A DNA stretch of 64,000 nt from an uncultured Actinomycetota bacterium (GTDB lineage Bacteria > Actinomycetota > Actinomycetes > JACCUZ01): contig CAVXNC010000018.1 of the NCBI GenBank assembly GCA_963762865.1, forward strand, positions 1,697 through 65,696, written 5' to 3'. Below the pieces are notes generated by a model. The model saw only the letters and a program-made list of their open reading frames with translations, was not told the DNA's origin and ran no database searches. Below are positions 15,816 through 25,259 of the stretch, one piece after another. Within the stretch, counting starts at the first letter, position 1; every line of letters begins with the position of its first letter. The translations under genes were made by a program, and so were the position numbers.

Positions 15816-17350
15816 CTATGTGCGTTGCCGGCCGGTGCGCAGGGTGAGGTCGCGTTGGTCGGGGATGAGGAAGCGGTGGTGCTGGCGGGGTCGCTGCAGC
15901 GGGTCGATGCTCGTGGGTGGGGTGAGCTGGGGGTAGCCGTTGGGCGCCAGGCTCATCGCCCAGCCTTGGCGGTGGACCATCCGGTGGTGGAACTCGCACA
16001 ACAACGCTGCGTTGGCCAGGTCGGTGGGTCCGCCCAGGGTCCACCACCACATGTGGTGCACGTGGCAGGCCGAGGGGGGTTGGTCGCAGCCGGGGGCGAC
16101 GCAGCCGCGGTCGCGCAGCGCGGTGGCGCGGCGCTGGGCCCGGTTGAACTCGCGTTGGGCGCGGCCGAGGTCGAGGACCTCGGAGTCGGTGCCGAGCACC
16201 GCCGGGACGACGAGCCCGTCGCAGGCCAGCATCCGCAGCGCGGCCGCGGACAGCGCGAGTCCGGTGTCCAGCCGGCCGGCCTTGGCCAGCCCGGAGCGCA
16301 GCCCGTCCAGGGTGGTGGTCACGGTCAGCACCGCCTTGACCGGACCGGGCGGGCGCGCACCGCAGGACCCACAGGTCCCGTCCCGACCACCCATGCCGGG
16401 CAGCGGCTGCGGCCCGCCGGCTAGCCCGCCGGGCTCGTCGTCGTCCGGCTCGGTCGTCGGTCGTGCTCGGTCGTGGTCGTGGCTCGGTCGTCGTCGCTGG
16501 TCGCGGTGCGGTGTGGTGCGGGGGGTGGGGGTGCCGGCGGCCTGGTTGAGCAGCTCGACGAGGGCGTCGCCGCGGCGTTCGGACAGTGGCCGGGTGTCCT
16601 CGAAGCCGTCCGACCCGGGGTGGTGCTTGTCGGCCTTGTCGTGCAGGAACCGCGCCAGGATGGCCTCGCCGATGGTGCCGGGCTCGAGGATCGCGCGGAG
16701 CTTGCCCCGCCGCCGGGTGACGGTCAGGAAGTTGCGCTCCCGTTCCTGGGCTTCGGCTTCGGCGCGGGCCCGTTCGCGCTCGAGGGCGGCCTGGTCGGCC
16801 GGGTCGTCCTCGGACGGGGTCACGGTGAGGGCTTCGACCAGCGCCTTCCCGGCGCGCGCGAGGTCGCGGGGCGCCAGCGTCTGGCACTGGTCGACCAGGA
16901 ACCGGCCCGCCGCCGCCCGGTCGGCGTCCGTCGACGCCGGGCATCGCGGCGACGGTGTCCAGCACCCGGCACGAGCACCTCGGCCTGATCGGTCGGTGAC
17001 CGCCCCGGCGCCAACGCGGACTGCACCACGGCGTGGCGGCCGATGCCCTCGGCGGCCCGCACCCGGGCGCCGGCGTCGACTCGGGAGAGCCGGAACCGGT
17101 CACTGAGCCAGCGCACCAGCGTCAACGCCTTGGTGCGCTTCTTGAGGTCGCGGGTCTCGGCCTCGCGCAGCAGCATCGCCCGGTAGGCGGCGGCGCGGCT
17201 CTCCAGATCGAGGACGGTGGCGATCGCGGTCTCCACGTCGTCGTCACCGAGCTGCCAGCCCAGCTCGAGAGCCGCCGGGTCCAGCGCACCGGCCGCGGTG
17301 CGCAGCCCGGTGACCACCGGGTGCTCCGCGATGCTGCCGGTCGAGCTCAT
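15816..17350 (-). pseudogene. DUF222/HNH endonuclease (REP13E12-like), two frame shifts
   Basis: The N-terminal DUF222 part starts at ATG 17350 (MSSTGSIAEHPVV...RWLSDRFRLS...VVQSALA...TDQAEVLV). The frame changes near 16964-16970, giving RVLDTVAAMPGVD. It changes again near 16927-16931, giving DADRAAAGRFLVDQCQTLAPRDLARAGKALVEALTVTPSEDDP... The sequence then continues into the HNH part of ORF 15816..16823 (CVAPGCDQPPSACHVHHMWWW...LLCEFHHRMVH). Confidence 0.75.
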
Positions 17351-17562
17351 GCCAGCGAACCTAGCCACCACCCTGGACACAACTCCGGCCGTCGCGACGT
17401 ACCGGAAACCGTTTGTGGACAACGGTTTTCCACACCCCCGAGCCGTCCACAGATTGCTCGGCGATCTCCTCACCCGACGTCGTGTCGTGGTACACGCCGG
17501 ACCGCTCACGGCCCCTCGCTCGATACGATCCGAGCCCGCCCGTCGACAGAGCCGAGGTACGC

Positions 17563-18450
17563 GTGTCAGGACTGCTGCACCGTGCCCGCCGTGTCGCCGG
17601 TGGGCTGGCGCGACGCCTCGGGCTGCGCGGTAGGGCGGACGCGGCGCGCCTGCAGCGCGCGCGCCACGAACGTGACATGGCCCGCGAGCGGCTGACCAAG
17701 GTGCGAGCCGACCGCGAGACGCAACGCGCCCGCGCCACCCGGCTGGCCGACGAGCTCGACCGACTGCGCGCCAACGCGATGACCGAGCCGGCGCGCGACC
17801 GTACCGACCTCTCCTACGTCTTCGTCGTCACCTACGGTCGCTCCGGCTCGACTCTCCTGCAGGGCATCCTCTCCGCCACTCCCGGCGTCGTCGTCCGCGG
17901 CGAGAACGGCGGCGTGATCCAGCATCTCTTCGCCTTCCACGAGACGGTCACCCGGCACCGCGACCGCCTGGCACGCGAGGACGTGCTGCCGCCGAGCCAC
18001 CCGTGGTGGGGTGTCGACGGCTACCCGGATGCGACGGCTTTGCGCGACATCCGCACGCTGCTGCTCGACACCGTCCTGCGTCCCGGTGCGGACACGACGC
18101 TCGTCGGCTTCAAGGAGATCGACTGGCCGTCGGAGCAGCTCGACCAGCTGTTCGCCTTCATGCGCGCCGTCTTCCCTGGCGCCCGTTTCGTGCTCAACAC
18201 CCGCGACCTCGAGCAGGTCGCGACGAGCAAGTGGTGGTCGCGCAACCCCGACGCGATGGCTGAGCTCACCGCGATGGAGCAGCGGTACGTCGCCGCGCTG
18301 GACGCCCTGGGCGACGACGCGTGGCGCCGCGTCCACTACGACGACTGGGTCGCCGACCCGGCGCAGCTGCGGGGGCTCTTCGACTGGCTCGGGATCGACT
18401 TCGACGAGCCGCGGGTGCGGGCTGTGCTGGACGTCAAGCACTCGTACTAG
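17563..18450 (+). CDS. sulfotransferase-family protein with N-terminal coiled coil
   Basis: GTG at 17563 lies 5 nt after GAGG. It has a PAPS-binding P-loop-like motif (VVTYGRSGSTLLQGIL) and an RGENGG motif. The N-terminal heptad segment is ARERLTKVRADRETQRARATRLADELDRLR. The reading frame is intact. Confidence 0.75.
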   Translation: MSGLLHRARRVAGGLARRLGLRGRADAARLQRARHERDMARERLTKVRADRETQRARATRLADELDRLRANAMTEPARDRTDLSYVFVVTYGRSGSTLLQGILSATPGVVVRGENGGVIQHLFAFHETVTRHRDRLAREDVLPPSHPWWGVDGYPDATALRDIRTLLLDTVLRPGADTTLVGFKEIDWPSEQLDQLFAFMRAVFPGARFVLNTRDLEQVATSKWWSRNPDAMAELTAMEQRYVAALDALGDDAWRRVHYDDWVADPAQLRGLFDWLGIDFDEPRVRAVLDVKHSY

Positions 18451-18481
18451 AACCAAGGGCGGCGCAGCCCCGCAGTGCACG

Positions 18482-18511
18482 GTGGGGCCGACCCGTCCGG
18501 GTCGACCCCAC
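18482..18511. terminator. convergent stem-loop terminator
   Basis: GTGGGGCCGACCC-gtcc-GGGTCGACCCCAC, a 13-bp stem with one mismatch and a 4-nt loop. It lies between the converging stops at 18450 and 18536. Confidence 0.5.
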
Positions 18512-18535
18512 CGCTCCCCTCCTCGCGACGTCTCG

Positions 18536-20049
18536 TCAGCGGGTCCGGAAGGTCGCCCGGAACTTCTGCGAGCCGGACTTCGTGGGGTTCTGGTCCAGCG
18601 CGTTGCCGGCGACGTCCTTGGCGCCGGTGGTCACCACCAGGCGGTAGGTCGTGTGCGCTGCCAGCTTCGCGGCCGGATCCAGCACCACGGTGCGGCTCGC
18701 GGCGACGTAGGTCACCGTCGCCTGAACCGCCTTCGTGCTGCCCTTCTTGACCAGCCGCACGGTCGTGCCGGTGAGGGACGCCTTGCGCATCTTCTCGCTG
18801 AAGGTCGCCTTGACGTCACGCCCGCGCTTCACACCGGTGGCTGACTTCTTCGGCGTGCTGCTGGTCACCCGCGGGGCCTTGGTGTCGGCGGCGGTCGTGA
18901 CGCAGGTGCCGTCGACGGGGTCGGCTGTGACCGGAGCCGCCGCGTCGGCGGTGGTCATGCGCAGACCCCAACCACTGGCCAGGTGTCCCATGGTGTTCGG
19001 CGCGTCTTGCACGACGTAGAGCGTCCAGGTGCCGTTGGCAGCGGAGCCGTCGAAGGCCGAGAGGGCGGAACCGACTCCGCGCCGCTGGAGACACCGGGGA
19101 TGTTGTCGTAGTCGGTGAGGTAGCTGTCGTCGTCCACTGGCCGGTAGGTGCCAGGGGCCGGCTTCGTGTCGATGGGAAGTGCTTGGGCTGCCTCGTCGTC
19201 GAGCGTGATCTCGAGCGCCGTGAGGGTGTCGCAGTCCGGCGGCGTCCGACCAGACCATCGCCTTCTGGCCCTGCGGACCGACCAGCATCATGTCGAAGTC
19301 TTGGCCGCAGATCGCGTCCACGCCGTGGAGCTGGAGGTCGACGTCGGTGATCGGACCTGTCGTGCCGGACACCGTCACGGACGTCGCCGCAACCGGGGCC
19401 TCGATGTGCAGGTAAGGTCCCAGCCGGTGATGACGCCGGTGTCGCCGGCGAAGTCGTCGTTCACGAAGAGCTTCCACTGGCCGTTCGGGTCGACGCCGTC
19501 GAACACCGAGAAGGCGTGCCCGATCCCGGTCGCGTCCGGCGCAGGTGCCGGGAAGGTGTCGACCGAGCCGAAGTTCGTCGGCCGGTACTGGCCGGTTGCG
19601 GGTGGCCGAGCTGTCCTGGACCGGACGTGGGGACGGCGTCGTTGAAGAAGAGGTGCGCACCCGTGACACCGGTGCCCCCGGCGTCACTGAGGACCATCAT
19701 GCGGTGCCCGTCAGGGCTGACCAGCATCACGTCCAGGTCGTCCAGGTGCTGATGTGTGACGCCGTAGAGACGCACCGACACGTCGGAGACCCCCCCGGCA
19801 CACCGGTGAAGGTGATCGGCGACGGATAGGTCGAGGCCGGGCCGGAGTCGGGCAGCGTCAGGTCCTGCGTCGTTCCACTTGTCTCAGCACCGTCTGGGCG
19901 GAGGTCACCGGCGCGGGGTTGGCCGCGTCGACGGTGGCGGCCCCGGCGGGCGTGGCGGCGAGGACCAGTCCCGAGGAGGCGACACACAGCCCGGCGAGGG
20001 CTGCGGCGGCGCGGGTGGACAGGTGGCGGAAGCGGGATGAGTTCGTCAT
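18536..20049 (-). pseudogene. secreted protein with two proprotein-convertase P-domains and a C-terminal Ig-like (SbsA/Big-type) domain; about six frame shifts
   Basis: ATG at 20049 gives the signal peptide MTNSSRFRHLSTRAAAALAGLCVASSGLVLAATPAGA. The coherent protein text then hops frames at about 19885-19892, 19790-19796 (a C7 run), 19591-19615, 19408-19416, 19235-19246 and 19065-19080. Reading through gives ...TTQDLTLPDSGPASTYPSPITFTGVPGG / VSDVSVRLYGVTHQHLDDLDVMLVSPDGHRMMVLSDAGG / QYRPTNFGSVDTFPAPAPD...NGQWKLFVNDDFAGDTGVITGWDLT / HIEAPVAATSVTVSGTTGPITDVDLQLHGVDAICGQDFDMMLVGPQGQKAMVWSDAA / DCDTLTALEITLDDEAAQALPIDTKPAPGTYRPVDDDSYLTDYDNIPGVSSGAES / ALSAFDGSAANGTWTLYVVQDAPNTMGHLASGWGLRMTT... 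followed by the Ig-like domain. Confidence 0.7.
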
Positions 20050-20207
20050 GAGGATCACTCTGGGAGCCCGCGCACCGGCCGCCATGAGCAATCGCTACTC
20101 AACCCCCGCCGACGACGTGCGTCGGTCGTCACCCGGCGACCGCGGCCGGGCTCGGCAGCAGCGCTCGACGGCGGGCGAGTACGTCAGGCCGCCCTGGGGG
20201 ACGTTGC

Positions 20208-21420
20208 TCAGGCGACAGCCGTGAGGACCGCCGCGATGGCGTCGACCAGCAGGTCGATGTCGTCCTTCGAGCACACCAGGGGCGGCGCCAGCCGGATCGT
20301 CGAACCGTGCTGTCCATGGCAGGACCTGGTGCTCGACGAGACGCTCGCACATCGCCGCCCGCTGATGACCGTCGATCGAGGTCGACCCCAGCCCAGAGGC
20401 CTCGGCAGCGCACCTCGCGCACGGGCCGAGACCCCAGCCCGTTCAGTCCCGCCTCCGGACGGGTCCCCAGCTCCGCGGCGCGTGCCTGGAACTCGCCCGT
20501 CTCGAGCATGAGGCAGACCTCGTGGCCGACAGCTGATGCGAGCGGGTTGCCGCCGAAGATTGACCCATGGGAACCGGGCGTGATCACCCCGAGGACGTCG
20601 GCGTCGGCGGCCACCGCCGACAGGGGAAGGATGCCTCCGCCCAGTGCCTTACCGAGCACCACGATGTCGGGCACGACGTCCTCGTGCTCGACAGCCAGGG
20701 TCCGGCCGGTCCGTGCCAGGCCGGACTGGATCTCGTCGGCGATGAAGAGGACGGCACGTCGGTCGCAGAGGTCGCGCACCTGACGGAGGAAGCCCGGCGG
20801 TGGCACGAGGACGCCGGCCTCGCCCTGGATGGGCTCCAGCAGCACGGCCACGGTGTCGTCGGTGATCGCGGCCTCGACGGCATCCGCCTTGCCGTACGGC
20901 ACGAGGTCGAACCCGGGAGTGAACGGCCCAAAGCCCTGCCGCGCGAGGTCGTCGGTGCTGAACCCGACAATCGTGGTCGTGCGGCCGTGGAAGTTCCCGT
21001 CCATCACGACGATCCGGCCCTGCTCGGGTGGGACACCTTTGACCTCGGCCCCCCACTTCCGCGCCACCTTGATCGCCGTCTCGACGGCTTCGGCCCCCGA
21101 GTTCATCGGCAGGATCAGGTCCTTGCCGACCAGCGAACCCAGAGCCTCCGCGAACGGGCCGAGCTGGTCGTTGTAGAAGGCCCGACTTGTCAGGGTCAAC
21201 CGGCCCAGCTGTTGCTGAGCGCGGGCGACCAGGCGAGGGTGGCGGTGCCCGAAGTTCAGCGCCGAGTAGCCCGCCAGGCAGTCCAGATATCGCTTGCCGG
21301 CGACGTCCTCGACCCACGCGCCCGCCCGTGGGAGAGCACGACCGGGAGGGGATGGTAGTTGTGCGCCGCACGTCGTTCGGTGAGCTCGATGTGCTGAGCA
21401 GTGGTCAGGTCGTCGGTCAT
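20208..21420 (-). pseudogene. rocD: ornithine--oxo-acid aminotransferase, three frame shifts
   Basis: ATG at 21420 (MTDDLTTAQHIELTERRAAHNYHPLPVVLSHG). The first shift lies near 21318-21327, in a G run. The main body is ORF 20129..21199 (...NSGAEAVETAIKVARKWG...FIADEIQSGLARTGRTLA...). Two more shifts lie near 20370-20382 and 20312-20326. The true C-terminus, HGSTIRLAPPLVCSKDDIDLLVDAIAAVLTAVA*, ends at 20208. The total span is 1213 nt, which is not a multiple of 3. Confidence 0.8.
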
Positions 21421-21441
21421 GGCTGTCGCCGCGGCCTCGTC

Positions 21442-22590
21442 ATGCGTCACAGTGTGGCCGATACCGTCGCGGTCGTGACCGTCCACCAGCTCTCGCGCAC
21501 CGACGCCCGGCGCATCGCGGTGCGCGCCCAGCTGCTCGACGCCGACCGGCCCAGCGATGCGCTCGAGGTCGTCCGGCACCTGACCCTGCTGCAGAACGAC
21601 CCGACGTCACACGTCGCCCCCAGCGCCGACCTCGTGCTGTGGAGCAGGATCGGTTCGTCGTACGCCGCCGAGGAGCTCTCTTCGGCGCTGGACAACCAAC
21701 TGCTGCTCGAGCTGCACATGCTGCTGCGCCCCCGCGAGGACCTGAGGCTCTACACCGCCGAGATGGCAGCCTGGCCGGGGCCCGGCCAGCTGACGCCGTG
21801 GCAGCAGGACATCGAGGCGTGGCTCGAGGCCAACGAGGAGTGCCGCACCGACATCATCGAACGGCTCCGGATGGACGGCCCGCTGCCGATCCGGGAGCTG
21901 CCGGACACGACCGTCGTGCCATGGCGGTCGAGCGGCTGGACCGACGACAAGAACGTGTCGAAGATGGTCGACCACATGGTCGCGTGCGGCGACGTGGCCT
22001 GCGCCGGCCGCGAGGGACGCGAACGGCTGTGGGACCTGGCCGAGCGGGTCTATCCCGACGACGAGCCGGTGCCCTACGAAGAGGCAGTGCGGCTGCGCAA
22101 CGAGCGGCGGCTGCGTGCGCTGGGCATCGCCCGCGCGAAGGCGACCGAGACACCGAACGAGCCCAACCACGTCGGTGACGCCGGCGAGGACGCGGTCGTC
22201 GAGGGCGTACGCGGCCGGTGGCGTGTCGACCCAGGCGCGCTGGACTCGCTCGGGTCACGGTTCCGCGGGCGGGCCGCCGTGCTGTCGCCGCTCGACCGGT
22301 TGGTCTACGACCGCAAGCGGATGACAGAGATCTTCGAGTTCGACTACCAGCTCGAGATGTACAAGCCGGTCGCGAAGAGGCGGTGGGGCTACTGGGCGAT
22401 GCCGGTCCTCTACGGCGACCGCCTCGTCGGCAAGGTCGACGCCACCGCGGACAGAGACCGTGGCGTCCTTCGGGTCGACGCCGTGCACCGGGATGGCGAG
22501 TGGAGCAAGGCGATGACGACTGCGGTCCACCGCGAGATCAAGGACCTGGCCGGCTGGCTCGGGCTCGACCTGGTGATGCCATCGACCTGA
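21442..22590 (+). CDS. winged-helix DNA glycosylase-like protein (YcaQ/AlkZ family)
   Basis: ATG at 21442. The N-terminus reads ...HQLSRTDARRIAVRAQLLDA and the C-terminal part has RAAVLSPLDRLVYDRKRMTEIFEFDYQLEMYKPVAKRRWGYWAMPVLYGDRLVGKVD. These are characteristic of the YcaQ/AlkZ (HTH_42) family. Confidence 0.75.
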   Translation: MRHSVADTVAVVTVHQLSRTDARRIAVRAQLLDADRPSDALEVVRHLTLLQNDPTSHVAPSADLVLWSRIGSSYAAEELSSALDNQLLLELHMLLRPREDLRLYTAEMAAWPGPGQLTPWQQDIEAWLEANEECRTDIIERLRMDGPLPIRELPDTTVVPWRSSGWTDDKNVSKMVDHMVACGDVACAGREGRERLWDLAERVYPDDEPVPYEEAVRLRNERRLRALGIARAKATETPNEPNHVGDAGEDAVVEGVRGRWRVDPGALDSLGSRFRGRAAVLSPLDRLVYDRKRMTEIFEFDYQLEMYKPVAKRRWGYWAMPVLYGDRLVGKVDATADRDRGVLRVDAVHRDGEWSKAMTTAVHREIKDLAGWLGLDLVMPST

Positions 22591-22706
22591 CCTCTCGCGG
22601 TTGGGTGAGCCGCGAAGCCCGTGGCTGGCAGGCCTGGTGTGAGGTGTGTCGCGTCAGTAGCGTGCTTGTCGGCACCTCGGGGAGGAACTTCACGCCAGGG
22701 GGCTCG

Positions 22707-23684
22707 ATGCGCGTGACCAGGCTGCGCAACCGACACACGTGGACCCGTATCGGGCGGCGGTCGGGTCTGCTCGGTCGCTGCGCTGGTCTGATGGCGCTCA
22801 CCGCTGCCCTCGCGAGCGGCTGCGCATCCTCGACGGAAGGCGGCGCCGGCCAGGATCCGTCGCCCTCCTCAGCCGGGCCGCCCGTCACTGCCTCCGAGTC
22901 AGCGTCGCCGGCGACGGGCGAGCCGTACGTCGGATACCCGGACTCGATCGTCGTCCTCGGTCACTCCGGATCCACCGGCGAGTCATCAGACCCCGAGCAA
23001 CCCGGGGTCGAGGTCCGGGAGAACTCCTGGGCGACGGGCACGAACCCGGCCGTGAACAGCCTCTACCTGCGGCTGCTCGCCGTGCACCCCGCCATCGAGG
23101 GTCACGCGCTCGGGCTGTCCCAGGGCGGCGCCGACGTCGCGCAGCTCAAGCTGCAAGCCGAGAACGCGGTCACGCAGGCACCGCCGAATCCGCTCGTCGT
23201 CATCCAGATCATGGACAACGACATGATCTGCCCCGCGACCGCCGCCGACCTCGACGCCTTCCAGGCAGCTCTGTCGGACGCTTTGAGTGTCTTGGACAGC
23301 GGCTTGCCGACGGCCCGGCTGTTCGTCGTCAGTCAGTTCGGCAGCCCCAGCACCCAGTGGGACGAGTACACCGTTGCGCAACGCCGCGACTTCGCCGCCG
23401 GGATGGGCAGCGGGCCGTGCGCGTTTCTCGACACCGACGGGCAGCTGGTGCCGCGCGAGCTGCAACGACTCGAGGACGTCATCCACGGGTACGAGAAGCG
23501 GCTCGAGGCAGCGTGTGCCGAGCTGGAGCGGTGCGTGTACGACGGCGGGGCGTTCGGGGACGCCGAGGACAGGGCTACCTACATCGCGCCGGACCTCAAC
23601 CACTTCTCCGTCGCCGGTCATGCTGCCGCCGCGGAGATCGCATGGAAGGCGCTGACGAGGGCCGGCCTGGCACCCGCAACCTGA
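22707..23684 (+). CDS. SGNH/GDSL-type hydrolase lipoprotein
   Basis: ATG at 22707. Lipobox LTAALASGC. Block I is VVLGHSGSTGE (nucleophile Ser) and block V is DLNHFSVAGH (DxxH). The ORF-track start at 22218 is an upstream extension. Confidence 0.7.
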   Translation: MRVTRLRNRHTWTRIGRRSGLLGRCAGLMALTAALASGCASSTEGGAGQDPSPSSAGPPVTASESASPATGEPYVGYPDSIVVLGHSGSTGESSDPEQPGVEVRENSWATGTNPAVNSLYLRLLAVHPAIEGHALGLSQGGADVAQLKLQAENAVTQAPPNPLVVIQIMDNDMICPATAADLDAFQAALSDALSVLDSGLPTARLFVVSQFGSPSTQWDEYTVAQRRDFAAGMGSGPCAFLDTDGQLVPRELQRLEDVIHGYEKRLEAACAELERCVYDGGAFGDAEDRATYIAPDLNHFSVAGHAAAAEIAWKALTRAGLAPAT

Positions 23685-23823
23685 TGCGCCAGCGGCGCCC
23701 GTGGGCCGTTCGTATCGTCGCTGCTCACCCTCCGGTAACCTCGACCCCGCCGTCAGAGCAGGCGGCAGGCAGGGAATGTTCTTCGGTTCGACCGGTTCTC
23801 CGGACCGCTGTCGTGCCGTCCCC

Positions 23824-23899
23824 GCCCCCGTAGCTCAGGGGATAGAGCGTCGGTTTCCTAAACCGTGCGTCGCAGGTTCGAATCCTGCCGGGGGCACCA
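23824..23899 (+). tRNA. tRNA-Arg (anticodon CCT)
   Basis: Folded by hand. Acceptor stem GCCCCCG/CGGGGGC. D arm GCTC-AGGGGATA-GAGC. Anticodon arm TCGGT-TTCCTAA-ACCGT with anticodon CCT. Variable loop GCGTC. T arm GCAGG-TTCGAAT-CCTGC. Discriminator A, with an encoded CCA. Confidence 0.9.
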
Positions 23900-23904
23900 T
23901 GGAC

Positions 23905-24561
23905 TTAGGACGTCGCGCTCGCCCGACTCCAGCCGCCCATTGCGGCCCGTAACGCGGTGTCGAGAACGGCCCTCCCGTCGGTGTCGGCAAGCACCGGGTG
24001 CGCCAGCGGACTCCGGCTGGCGTGTGAGAGCTCGAGGCTCACCAGGCCGTGGGTTATCGCCCACAACGTGTACGCGAGCCTGCGGGACCCCTGCTCCGGT
24101 GCATCGCCCCCGAGAAGGCGCTCGGTCTGTGCCGCGAGCAAACCGAAGGTGGTGTCCAGCGCGGTGCTGCGGACCTCCGGGCTGGGATCGAAGCCGGGGA
24201 GCACTCGCTCAAACAACAGCCCGTACAGGCCCGGGTTGGACAGTGCGAACGCGCGATACTCCCCCAGCAGCTCAACCACCGCCTGCGCCGGGTCGGCCAC
24301 CATGGCCGCCGGGGCCATCTGCTCACCCAGCTGCTCGAACCCCCGGGCGTACACGACGTCCAGCAGCCCGTCGCGGCTTCCGAAGCCCGTGTAGAGGGCC
24401 ATCGTCGTCGTCCCGGCGGCGGTGGCAATCCGACGGACGGTCAGATCGGTCGGGACTTCCTCCCGCAGCAGCTGCAACGTGGCGTCGACCAAACGCTCGG
24501 TGAGCGTGGTCACAGCGGGGCGCTCAACTCGGGGCTTCGCAGGGGTTGCCACGGCGGCCAT
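23905..24561 (-). CDS. TetR/AcrR-family transcriptional regulator
   Basis: ATG at 24561. The HTH region is LTVRRIATAAGTTTMALYTGFGSRDGLLDVV, followed by a helical ligand domain. The stop lies 5 nt from the tRNA 3' end. Confidence 0.85.
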   Translation of the reverse strand: MAAVATPAKPRVERPAVTTLTERLVDATLQLLREEVPTDLTVRRIATAAGTTTMALYTGFGSRDGLLDVVYARGFEQLGEQMAPAAMVADPAQAVVELLGEYRAFALSNPGLYGLLFERVLPGFDPSPEVRSTALDTTFGLLAAQTERLLGGDAPEQGSRRLAYTLWAITHGLVSLELSHASRSPLAHPVLADTDGRAVLDTALRAAMGGWSRASATS

Positions 24562-24623
24562 CCTAGTATAACTTCCGTAATAACAAGCGTTATAACCGTC
24601 GAGTCTAAGGAAGCCCCACCCCA

Positions 24624-25259
24624 ATGACCACCCCCGCGCTCCTCCGTCTCACCGCCCTGGCTGGCATCACGTCCGCCGTGGTACTGGTCTTCAACTTCCT
24701 CCGCAGGGCCGAGGTTGTCCCCGACGTCGCGGCCACACAGGCGCTGGCCCCCTTAGCGGCGACCTTCGGATTGATCGCAGTGACCGGTCTCTTCTTCTGG
24801 CACCGGTTCGAGGGCCGAGTCGGTACCGCCGGCACCGCCGGGTACGCGATCAACCTGCTGGGCCTGACCGGCATCGTGGGCATCGAGTACATCGCCAACG
24901 TGATCTTCCCCCGGCTCGACGACGCCGTGGTCGACGAGCTCGTCGCCGGCCCGGCCGGCACGGTCTTCATGGTGATCTCCGTCGTGTTCCTACTGGGCGT
25001 CCTCGCCTTCACCGGGGTGCTGCTGCGGGGCCGGCTGGTCCCGCGACCGGCCGCAGTGCTCTACGGCGCCGGGTTCACCGCGATCGCCCTGCGCACCCTG
25101 CTCCCCGAGGCCGCGGTCGCGGCCGGCGGATTCGCCGCAGCCACCGGACTGGCCATCATGTCGCTCCTCCTCTACCGCCGGATGAACCCGGCGCTCGCGC
25201 TGCCTGGCCAGACGGCCCACCCGACCCACCGCACCGTCGTCCTGAAGTCGTCACGATGA
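24624..25259 (+). CDS. hypothetical integral membrane protein
   Basis: 211 aa with about six hydrophobic helices. It is divergent from the TetR gene, and its stop overlaps the ECF sigma start (ATGA). Confidence 0.6.
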   Translation: MTTPALLRLTALAGITSAVVLVFNFLRRAEVVPDVAATQALAPLAATFGLIAVTGLFFWHRFEGRVGTAGTAGYAINLLGLTGIVGIEYIANVIFPRLDDAVVDELVAGPAGTVFMVISVVFLLGVLAFTGVLLRGRLVPRPAAVLYGAGFTAIALRTLLPEAAVAAGGFAAATGLAIMSLLLYRRMNPALALPGQTAHPTHRTVVLKSSR

